Shown here: in pieces, positions 11,218 to 20,900 of the stretch
How the letters are laid out: each line of letters starts with the position of its first letter
Position numbering within the stretch: position 1 is the first letter of the stretch
NCBI GenBank assembly: GCA_963575745.1
Contig: CAUYUJ010000117.1
Coordinates: 1-64,000, forward strand
Direction of reading: 5' to 3'
DNA length: 64,000 nt
Origin: Prorocentrum cordatum
Taxonomy: Eukaryota
Notes under the pieces: model-generated
What the model was told of the DNA's origin: nothing
Database searches by the model: none
What the model saw: only the letters and a program-made list of their open reading frames with translations
Made by a program: the position numbers and the translations under genes

Positions 11218-11304
11218 GGAGGAGGAGGAGAAGGCGGAGGAGGAGGAGGAGGGGGAGGGATATGATGATGATGATGATCATGCTGATGATGATGATGAGG
11301 AGGA
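11071..11304. repeat. (GGA)n/(GAT)n microsatellite between LINE-A and the YR element
   Basis: Directly visible. Confidence 0.9.
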
Positions 11305-11476
11305 GGAAAACGAGACTCAAGCTGGGGGGCGGGGGGCCTGCAGCGGCGGGGCGCCGGCTGCGGTGCCGCTCGCCTGCCGCCGGCGGCTGCCGACATGGTG
11401 CGTGCTGACCTTTGCACCGACGTGGGGTGATGCTTGGTGCAGGTCCACCAGCCCAGCCCAGGGTCTGCACCCCCGC
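11305..11476 (-). repeat. Split direct repeat B2 (3' terminus of the YR element)
   Basis: Matches 11691-11851 except a 10-nt insertion (ggcggctgcc) and one extra C. Confidence 0.93.
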
Positions 11477-11564
11477 AGAGCTGCGGGCACAACTGGGGAG
11501 TGGCACCCCAGCAGCCCAGCCTTTCCAACCCTGCCCACGGTCTACCCCTGGGTGGGCGGGCGGG

Positions 11565-11851
11565 CAAAACCAGGGAAGGGGCCCTGGCCAACCTAGACCC
11601 TCCGGTCCTGAACCAAAACTGCGCGGCGCCCCCCGCCCCGCTCCTCTCCCTACGTTTTCCGTGACATGCAATGCTAGCCTCGCTGTCTGCGGAAAACGAG
11701 ACTCAAGCTGGGGGGCGGGGGGCCTGCAGCGGCGGGGCGCCGGCTGCGGTGCCGCTCGCCTGCCGCCGACATGGTGCGTGCTGACCTTTGCACCGACGTG
11801 GGGTGATGCTTGGTGCAGGTCCACCAGCCCAGCCCAGGGTCTGCACCCCGC
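11565..11851 (-). repeat. Internal B1-A2 junction (B1 11691-11851, A2 11565-11693, sharing the TCC trinucleotide)
   Basis: + strand 'gctgtctgc GGA aaacgagac' joins copies of the two termini. Confidence 0.93.
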
Positions 11852-11892
11852 GTGTATGGGCTGGGCGCGAACACCCCACGTGGCGCCCGAAC

Positions 11893-13350
11893 TTACATGC
11901 GCTCTGGTTCGGGCTCGCTGTCGCTGTGGTCAGCAACGAGCTGCGCGCGCGCACCCGTCTCGAGCTCGTGCGGCTTCATGTATGCCATGAAAGCCGCAGA
12001 TCGCCAACCACCTGCTTGTAAAATCTCCCACAAAGGACATCCTTGAGCTGCCATGTCCTGAGCGGTTCCACGCCGGAACGCGTGCGCCCCTGCGTTCTCT
12101 ACACCGCACCGCGCGGCATACGCCCGCGTCTCTCGGAGATAGGCGTGGTACCAAAAAGAGAAAACTCTCGTTTGCCCGCTTGACCTGGCCCTCCGCGCTG
12201 CTGCGACAAGCCGGCGCACGGGGCACATGCGCGCCCCCTGTGCTCTACACGCGCAGTCCCTGCGAATAGCCACGGGAGCTGTTGAATTTTTCCTGCTTGC
12301 CAAACTTACGATGGCACATCGCTCTGTAAATTCAACGCCAGAATGGCGACCACGGAAAAACGGGCCATGCATCAGCGGCACAAGTTCCGCGCCAGCGCGG
12401 AAAAGAAAGCCGCGCGCCACGGCAAAAACATCAGCCAGTTCATGCTTGCCTTCGGCTCCAGCTGCAGAGATCATGTGTTTCACGACATGCCCGTGCAGAG
12501 CCGGGCGGACGCGAACTTGGCCAGCGCCCCTGCGGCGCGCCCCTTTGACCATCTGCTGCGCGCCTCCTCCCCACCAGGTGTTAGGTAAGTCCAACAACTT
12601 CTGTGCCCACCGAAGGTGTTGCACATAATTTCGCAATGTCGGCCCGTGCGGGACAAACATCGCGAATTGGCGGACACTGTCAGCTGTAACGGGAAAGTGT
12701 GGCAAGGAGAAGCATTCGCAAAACTCCGCCCAAGCGTAAAGGGCGCTGCGTACTGTCTTCCAAGAGCCACGGACTGTTTCCATGGCGGCACGTCTGGAAC
12801 CCTCTCGCAACAGAGTTTCCTGATCCACCCTCGCTGGCAATCCGCGCTGGCTCGCCTGGAGATTCGCTAACCTTTGTCTCGGCGTCCCCGTACTGGGGAC
12901 AACTGCCGAGAACCGTTCCTGAAACGACTGTCTGCACAGCGCCTCGCACCTAGCAGTCTCATCAAAAAAGTCCCCAAGAGCGTGCGCTACGTCGTACCCG
13001 GTAGAGTGGGAAGATATGACTTGTAACCACGTTTGCCCTGGACCGGGCCGAGGGCGCAAGGCGGAAACCAAGGCGCTCACCTTGGGACCTCTGCGGTGGC
13101 CAACACCACGCGGAGCAGGCCAAACAACAACGGCGCGCTCTTCAGCCAGTGATCTCGCCACGGAGGGCGCCAGGCCCGCGCCAGCGTGTAGACCCCGTGC
13201 GGGGAGGCGCCGCAACCCCTTCGGGCTACGGCTCCGTGGCGCCGCTAAGCCTACAGGCGTCGGCGGCGGTTTCCGCGGCTCGGGAGATGGATCCCGCCGG
13301 CGAGGGCGATGGAGCCCTACTGGGCAGATTGGCCGGGGGGCTCCAGCCAT
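11893..13350 (-). CDS. Tyrosine recombinase (phage-integrase family, DIRS-type)
   Basis: Catalytic set R (FLFRAGAE), K (SRKNS), HxxR (GAHAFRRG), W (AGGWRS), Y (FMAY). In-frame ATG at 13350; frame open from 13416. Confidence 0.92.
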   Translation of the reverse strand: MAGAPRPICPVGLHRPRRRDPSPEPRKPPPTPVGLAAPRSRSPKGLRRLPARGLHAGAGLAPSVARSLAEERAVVVWPAPRGVGHRRGPKVSALVSALRPRPGPGQTWLQVISSHSTGYDVAHALGDFFDETARCEALCRQSFQERFSAVVPSTGTPRQRLANLQASQRGLPARVDQETLLREGSRRAAMETVRGSWKTVRSALYAWAEFCECFSLPHFPVTADSVRQFAMFVPHGPTLRNYVQHLRWAQKLLDLPNTWWGGGAQQMVKGARRRGAGQVRVRPALHGHVVKHMISAAGAEGKHELADVFAVARGFLFRAGAELVPLMHGPFFRGRHSGVEFTERCAIVSLASRKNSTAPVAIRRDCACRAQGARMCPVRRLVAAARRARSSGQTRVFSFWYHAYLRETRAYAARCGVENAGAHAFRRGTAQDMAAQGCPLWEILQAGGWRSAAFMAYMKPHELETGARAQLVADHSDSEPEPERM

Positions 13351-14000
13351 GGCGCCCCCGGGGGGGGGGGGGCGAATCGCGGCGCCCGTTTCCTTCCCCG
13401 CCGGCCGACCTGTCAAGCCGTTTTGCGCGAGTCACTCATCGTGCGCACAGGTTCCGCCAAGTGCAAAATCGTCGTCGTCGTCGCCGCCGCCGTCGCCATC
13501 GTCTCCTCCACTCCCTCCTCCGAGGACCGGAGAAAGACAAGGCAGGGGGAAACGAGGAGGGTGAACAGAGAGGGAGGGGGCAGGGGCAGGGGCAGGAAAG
13601 AGCGAGGAGGGGGCAAAACCCCAGAGCAGGTAACACGGAGAAGGAAAAATGAGATCTCCCTCTTCGCTCCCGTGCCGACACGACGGCGGGATTTCCGGCC
13701 GCGTTCGCAGGACAGCCTTGGCTACGCAATGTGCGCCCCAGGAGGGGTGACAACATTTCCGACAGCAAGTCTCGGCGCGGCCTGGGGTCGCGGGTGGGCC
13801 GGTATACCCAAAAACGGATACAAAGGAATGATGCGAGCACGCGCGTGACCAGATACCCAGAGTCTTTCAGCAAGGACGTGAACGGAGGAGGGCGCCTGGA
13901 GGGGAGGGAGGCGAAGGAGGGGGCAGGGGGGGAAAGGGAAGTGGTGAAGAAGCAACAAGGAGAGCGACAATGGGATGCCAGAGCTTCGCGCGTGCGTGTG

Positions 14001-15976
14001 TCACGGGTCAGCGAACACTGCGTCAAGGGTCGGCCACCGCAGGGCCCGGCGATGGAAATCGCGCCATGGTCCGAGGATGTTCCTACTTAGACAATCAGCT
14101 GGGTTACTGGCAGAAGGCACCCAGCGAAACTCAACGCAGGCGTGCGCCTGAGCAGCGGCAATCCACGCATCACCCGCGATGCTGTTCAAATCTTGTTTTC
14201 GTGACCAACCGGACACCATGACATCTTTTGCACACGTGTTATCTATGAAAACCAGGACCCTTCTGCCAGATACCTCCCGCCTCCAAGTGTGCAGCGCTGC
14301 GGCTACAGCAAGGAGTTCAAATGCATTTATCTGCGTGCGCCTCGCGCGCAAAATGCGCAGCCAAGACTTTGGGAGAATTGCTCATAGCATATTCCCTGTG
14401 CTCCCGGTGAGTCCACACTACTGCGGCTCCAACTCCCCCGGTGCCTTCGGCATCAGTATAAAGAAGCATGTCAAAAGCCGCCTCCGCGAGTTCGCGGACG
14501 TGAACAACGCTGCCAATCTGCTCCTTGAGCAAGCGAATCCACCAGCTCAGACAAGAGCGCTCCCGGCGCGTGAGCGTACGACTGGCGTGACTACTTGCGG
14601 CTGCCCGCCAATAGAAGGGCCGCAAAAATGAACGCCCGACTCGGCCGAACGCTCTCTGACACGCAAAATTTAAACGCCCTGCGAACCTGGACGCCACGGC
14701 TTGAGACATAGACCCGGAATCCAAGATTAAGCGCAACTCGTGGACCCACGCGTTTGCTTTCTCGAACCCGAGGGGCCACGTGACTTCGCGTGGCCCAACG
14801 CGCACGTCGCATCCTAGCAAAAATATGGAGTCGCACATGCCTGCAGATTTGCGGGGATCGAGCTCCCAACCTAACATGGCAACCAAGTCTTGCCATGTTT
14901 GCTTTGCCCTGTGCGCGTGCGCGGAGAGTTCGGCAAGGAACGCGTCATCCACGTAAATGAACAACACTAAACCAAACAAGCGCACAGCGATCCTTTTAAT
15001 CGCCTGCGCGCACCTCCACCAGGCGTACACGCCGCCAACGGCCCCGAAGGGCTGAGTGAGCAGTTGCGAAACCTTCCATTGGTTGCTGTCCGTGTCAAAC
15101 ACAAGGCACCACATCAACCAGGATTGGCCGATGTCCGGGCACACCGTTGTAAAAAGCAGAAGCGAAATCATCCTTTCCCACAGAAACTGGGGCGACGCCC
15201 TGCGGCGACGAATCGCCAAGAAGGCGCGTCAACAAAAGCACCGCGTGCGTTAAGTGGTCGTGAGTGTCATTCCACACCTTTTCTGTAGAAAAAGCGAAAG
15301 AATTGACGCCGTTGTTGCTAAAATTGTCGATTACACGAACCTTGTTTTGGCCATTCCTGGTCTCGTTGACGCCGAAACGTTCGACTAGTAAAACGCTGCT
15401 CAAATCAATATCTGACACCGCGGAAGGGGGGGCCACTTTGCCTACGCCGACTTCCTCGCAATGCTTCCGCCACACTTCCGCGGCGCAACCGCACGGCGTA
15501 GCCTGCGCAAGCGTGCGTGCGTTGACCTCGCGGCAACGCGCCTGGAGATCCGTCGGACATGGGAGGCAGCCGACGGCTTCCCTGCCATGGACCAACAGGG
15601 GCCCATCTGCCGGCTTCCCGACGCCTCCCGCGTGCATCGCCCCCGACACCGGGAACCCAAACGTGAGATGATCAACGAGGCTGGCGCCCCCGTGGTCCGC
15701 TGCCTCCAACATCTCCCGCAGGAGCGGCACATGCAACTTACCTACGGTAGTTTGAAACTGCGCCGGCACCCTGCGGCGCCACTCCTGCCTTGCAGGCTCG
15801 AGGGCCTGCGCCCGCCCTCGCCGAAAACGAAGGGCGCGCGCCCTCTCGGAGGCCACGGCGGCGGCGTCGGAGGCGACAGCCTGAATATTTGTAACGATAT
15901 CTGGATCCAACGAAGGAAGCCCATGCAGGCACGTTGACGACGCGCGATTCTGCGCGATATGCTCCTCCGGAGACAT
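14001..15976 (-). pseudogene. YR-element pol: reverse transcriptase + RNase H with two 1-nt frameshifts in homopolymer runs
   Basis: KVRVIDN, KDDFASAF, QPFGA, IYVDD, LYTDA, INAFELLAV, FIDN, WVPSASNPADCLSR. Shifts at T runs 15151-15155 and 14350-14353. Confidence 0.9.
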
Positions 15977-16369
15977 CGCGCCACCTGGGTGCCCAGGCCC
16001 GGGGGCCTCCTTTCCGGCGAGCGCGGCAGGGGGCCCGCGGGTGCTGCCGCCAGGCAAGCAAGAAGAAACCGTGTCTGCCTGTCTGCTGCGCCTCTGCGGG
16101 CTGCTTTGCGCCCGTTGTGAAGAGCAGAGGGGGCGGGGGCAAGGGCGCAGTGAGGGGCAAGGAGGGGGGGGCGGTGGAGGGGAGAGGTGGGCGGCGGAGG
16201 AGCGCAGAGGACTCTATGGACCCGAGGCGCCATTGCCCGCAGAAGAAAAGAGCTGGCGATCAGCCTGCCTCCTGTCACGACACGAAGCCGCGGCCTCACT
16301 CGCAAGCGGCCCCTCCCCAACGGGTGGAATGTCCCTCGAAATCCAAGCACAAGTTGCCTCGCCGCCGCT

Positions 16370-17749
16370 TCAGTAGCCCTTGCGGGCGCCCTTCGGCGGG
16401 GCCGCCGGCGGCGGGGGCCGCGGCGGGAGCTGCGGCCGGGGCGCCGCCCCCTGCGGCGCGCCGCCCTTGCCCTGAGGCCTACCCCTGCCGCCGCTGGCAG
16501 CGCCGTCGCTGGAGTAAGCCCACTGCCGCTGCCGCGGCGCCTCTGCCGGCGCCTTGGACCGGGAAACCTGGTCCCGCACCTCCGACTTCACGTGGGTGTC
16601 CACCTTCTCGAAGGTCACCGCCGGCTTCGCGTGCGGGTCCCTGTTCTCCAGGCGAGTGGCCAAGTGCTGCCACTCGCGCCTGTCCAGCTCGTAGACTACG
16701 GCCACGTTGCTCTCTTGTGCCAAATGGCACAAATCCAAAAACCTCCGGAGAAGCCTCTCTATCGAGACCGACTCGACCCCAGTCTCTGCCTGCAAGACAA
16801 GTTGGGAAAGAGAGCGGCTCCACCAGCACGAAGCGAAGTGCGCGAAGGAAGCGTATTCCTGACCTTTCTGAGCTTTCCGGAGGGAGCTGTCCACCGACCG
16901 CCGGAGCGGCTCGAAGGTGTGCTCCAAGTCCCCGGAAACCCAAGGCAGGCGGTCGTGGGCCGCCTTCCTCCTGGCCTTGCGCCAGAGGGGCTGGAGCGTG
17001 GCAGACTTGGGGAGGTTCTCCAGAGGGAGCCCTTCCAAGCCGTACTTGGCGAGGGCCTTGCAGACGTCGATAGACGACGTCTTCTTGTCGTTCGTGTCCG
17101 AAGAGGAAGCCGACCGGGACCGGCCCCTTCGGTGGCGCGTGGCGTGCCTGGCGCTCTTGGCGACAGCCTCCATGGCCTTCACGGATGCCTCGTTGAACGC
17201 ATCCGACGCTCTCGTCGGACCCGCCGGGGGTGGTTCCGCAGGCTGCTTCTGGATCCGCTCGACCACAGCAGACACGAGCAAGAAGGCCGTGGTGTCCACC
17301 TCGCGCTCTAGTGGGTCCCTGCAGACCTCCTTGACGATTTCTGGATTCAGGAAGCGGAGCTGCCAACCAGAATGGATGCCCGCATCCTCAAGGCGCCCTG
17401 CGACGCGGAGCAACTCCCCCTCCTCGACCCGCGGGGGGCACAAACGACGCAAAGTAGCCTCTACAGGCTCGGACTCGTAGTCTGCAGTTGGGGTCCTGCG
17501 ACCCTCCTTCGAAGGTGAACGTGCCGCCCGTGCGGGCGATGGCAAGACTTCGTAAACCTCTTCGGCCCTACGGCCCGCAGCACTCTCCTCGGCCCTGCGG
17601 CCTGAACCAACTTCCTCGGCCCTGCGGCCTGAACGTGAACGCCCTCGCCTCCGCGACCGACGTGGCTGGAGCGCTGCCCGCGGCTGCCTGCGGCGCGAGC
17701 GGGACCGGTCGCTGGGGCTGCCCGACCGGCGCGGGGACGGGGCCGGCAT
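16370..17749 (-). CDS. YR-element ORF1 (gag-like, 459 aa, RS-rich N-terminus)
   Basis: ATG 21 bp after repeat A1; uninterrupted ORF upstream of pol; helical segment VYELDRREWQHL typical in position for DIRS gag. Product assigned by position. Confidence 0.75.
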   Translation of the reverse strand: MPAPSPRRSGSPSDRSRSRRRQPRAALQPRRSRRRGRSRSGRRAEEVGSGRRAEESAAGRRAEEVYEVLPSPARAARSPSKEGRRTPTADYESEPVEATLRRLCPPRVEEGELLRVAGRLEDAGIHSGWQLRFLNPEIVKEVCRDPLEREVDTTAFLLVSAVVERIQKQPAEPPPAGPTRASDAFNEASVKAMEAVAKSARHATRHRRGRSRSASSSDTNDKKTSSIDVCKALAKYGLEGLPLENLPKSATLQPLWRKARRKAAHDRLPWVSGDLEHTFEPLRRSVDSSLRKAQKGQEYASFAHFASCWWSRSLSQLVLQAETGVESVSIERLLRRFLDLCHLAQESNVAVVYELDRREWQHLATRLENRDPHAKPAVTFEKVDTHVKSEVRDQVSRSKAPAEAPRQRQWAYSSDGAASGGRGRPQGKGGAPQGAAPRPQLPPRPPPPAAPPKGARKGY

Positions 17750-17769
17750 GGCTGACCCGGGGGGGATGC

Positions 17770-17898
17770 CAAAACCAGGGAAGGGGCCCTGGCCAACCTA
17801 GACCCTCCGGTCCTGAACCAAAACTGCGCGGCGCCCCCCGCCCCGCTCCTCTCCCTACGTTTTCCGTGACATGCAATGCTAGCCTCGCTGTCTGCGGA
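17770..17898 (-). repeat. Split direct repeat A1 (5' terminus of the YR element)
   Basis: Identical to 11565-11693. Confidence 0.95.
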
Positions 17899-17905
17899 GG
17901 AGGAG

Positions 17906-20900
17906 TTCATGTTTCCCCCCCGGGGGGGTAGAACGCAGTGTGTTTAGATGAGGGGGAAAGCAGCATCATCATCCTGTCCCTCCTCGTAACTAGGCTCAGG
18001 AAGCGGCGCCTGCTGGGCCTGACCAGTGGATCCCAGGGGGGGGGGGCCTCCACGGGGGCCGAGGGCCCCCGAGGGGGTTCCGCCAAAAGCGGGTCCAGGA
18101 AACCAGCTGATCCTCCCTCTCCTCCCAGCTCCCTGGCCGCCACGCGGCGTCGGATGGCCTCCAGCGCTGGGTGAGGTCGCCACCCTGCCCTGCAGGGGGT
18201 AGCACTGCCCGACATCTGGGCTGTTGGGTCTGCAGCAGCCGCACGCGGTCAACAGCAGAGAGGATGTGGAGGACCACCACAGGGGCACGGTTGGACTGGG
18301 GGTGGAGGCCTCGCATCATCCTGCCTAGTCGACAGCGCGTGGCAGAGGAAAACATCTGGCCTGGGCACTTATTCTCTGGTCGTTTGCTGAGCCGCTCCGT
18401 ACTGCAAGCCCCGCAGCGGCGACAAACACCAAGGAAGGACCACTCGAAAGACGAGCGAACACCAACGAATGCCCCATCTTTTCTCGGCCCTTGAGAAACT
18501 TGAAATTCTCGCGCTTATCCACGCAGCCCGTCATCTCCGAACTCTCCGCACACGTGTTGGCTGCTCGGACCTGGCAGTCATGGCTGATAGAGCCACCCTG
18601 GGTGCCTGGGACAGCCGTCCAGGCCTGCCACCGATGGGCTCCAACTTCCCGTGGTCTGGAAACCTTGGACCGAGCAGGCAACTGCGCGAAAGAGAAAAGC
18701 GGAAGGACCGCTCCAACAACTCTCGCTGCAGCTCTGGCCTTCATAATCCGACGATCAAGGTCGCCCAGGCCCCCAGGACTGTCCCGAGCATGAAGTGGCA
18801 CAACATGCTTCGCATGCCCATCAGCAACACGATTGGCAAAGAGTCCTCTTCTGTTCAGGAGGCAGTGCTTTAATGACATCCATACTACGGTGAGCGGGCG
18901 TGCGATGTGCCCGTTCGATATATAAGCCACGTCTCAGTCCTGCATACTCTGAGCGGCTCAGCAACACTTGGGATTGGCTCTGGTTGTGTCTCCGGACAAC
19001 GCCGAGGCAATCAGAGTGAACCTGGACTGGCTTGCAGACGACATCGGCAGGGGCAACGATGGCCATCTGCTCAGCTGCCTGAGGGGCCTGAGGCAAAGAA
19101 GGCCACGCAGGCCTGTGAAATCGCGCCACCATCTCCTCTGTCCGCGACCTCATATTCACACCAGCATAGGCCGCCCTCGAGAGCTCGCGGATGGGGCTAC
19201 GCGTGCACGACCCATCGACGACGACGTCGACGACATCGCCCAAAACCGAGAGATCCTCAAGAGGGTGGCCATCCAGCGTGAGCACCTCAGGATATCTCTG
19301 GCCGGTCGAGGGTTGGAGGTAGCACGACGGATGCTTGAAAACAAGACGGGGCCACAAAGGATCTTCGCCCCCCCGCCTGCAAAGCCTCGGCGATTATCTC
19401 AGCGCTCCAAACCTTCTCTCTAGCCTCGACCACCTCTGGCACCTGGCAGCCCCACATTCTGTGATGAACGCTATCTGCGCTCCCGCACATAAGCCATCTC
19501 CCGCCATATTCATATCCTAGCGGCTTTAACTGACCGCTAATAACAAAAACAGCCATAGTGAAACAGGTCACGATTTCATGCTTCTGACGTTCACTTTACT
19601 TCTTAGACCTGCACGCGCACGTACGCACTAAGTCAGCACGCGCTCTAACACTGTCACCGTGCGTGCCTACACTGCGCGCCGTGTCACGTTCGCGCTGTCT
19701 CTGCATAGCTTCGCGCAATAGAAGTCTCACAAGAGAAGGTGATGTGTAAAGAAGCGATACCTCAATCCCTCGGTCATCGATCCACTCCGAGAAATTCTTG
19801 GGCTCCCACTTGACCCTCTGGAGGCGCAGCAACATTCTGGCACTCGGGCTCTTCGTTCTGCTCCAAGGTAGCTCAGGGTCTCATCTGTCGCGAGCGATGC
19901 GATGCATATCCTCGGTCTGCAGCGCCGCGAAAAGATCGCTCCTTCGCGGCCGCCGTCGACCGCGGGGCGGTTGCCCAGGGCGCCGCGGGCGCCGCAACAG
20001 CATCTGCAGCAGGGTCGCCATGGAGCAAACGCTTTGCCATGAGAGAGGCCCCATCGATCGGGGGGTGACTTGAAACTGAACAGCGTCGCGCGGGCCCGTC
20101 TCAGCTCGCAATCGCCCATGCCGGGCACCGCGCTGCCATGGGCCCAGGCTGGCTTCAAACCAACAATGCGAATCTGAGACATCCAATGCTTTCCGTCAGC
20201 GAGCCACCTCCGAAAGCGCAGAACTCGGAGAGAAGGAAGCTTGAATTGTCGAAACCGAAGCCGTCTCTTACGAAGCGCACCCTCGGTCGAACGAGTCTGC
20301 CCAGGAACGAACTCGACCCGGGGTTGAGCGAAGCAGATGTAACTACACCTTCAGGCAATCCTCGAACGCGAAGCTGATGAGTTTTGCCAACAAGACCGGG
20401 CTGGCTGGCTACCGTTATGGCTTTCGATTCCGATATGTCAGCCTTGAGCTCCTGCTCCAACATATTGTAGAAAGCTGCTGCTGCTTCGGGGGCAGCTCGC
20501 AATGGGTTGCATTTGTCCCCCATCCCCAATATCGCGTCATCGTCGGTCCACGAGGATGGGCGAATCGTCGGATGCCTTAACGTGGAGGCATCGAAGGCCT
20601 CAATCGCATAGACCTCCTCGAAGGCATCATTGAAGCTCTCACCTGCAGGGGGGCCGCTGGATGCAAAATAGACCACAGCGTGGAATGCTGGGCCAAGACG
20701 GACGAGCCTCGGGGACCCCCCCAAGTTGCACAGAACCTTTACAATGACCTGAGGGAAACCTTGCCGATGAGCTCTATCGCGTAGGAGGTCTAACTGGGAG
20801 GATTCGTAATCTTTCTTCCCATCCCACTGGGCTTCCCAAGACGACCTGGCCCCTGGGCTCCGCGACCTCCGAAAGGGCCGCGTGGGCCCACGCGCGCGCT

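Larger units (their letters stand above)
11305..17898 (-). mobile_element. Tyrosine-recombinase (DIRS order) retrotransposon with split direct repeats A1-gag-RT/RH-YR-B1-A2-B2 (Ngaro/PAT-like architecture)
   Basis: A repeats at 17770-17898 and 11565-11693 are identical over 129 bp. B repeats at 11691-11851 and 11305-11476. RT, RNase H and YR motifs lie inside. Confidence 0.95.

Noticed and set aside
11893..13416. Prophage or bacterial integrase
   Set aside because: It lies within a retroelement with RT/RNase H and split direct repeats.
11565..17898. LTR retrotransposon with 129-bp LTRs
   Set aside because: No DDE integrase, protease, TG..CA ends or TSD; the extra B repeats define a split-repeat YR element.
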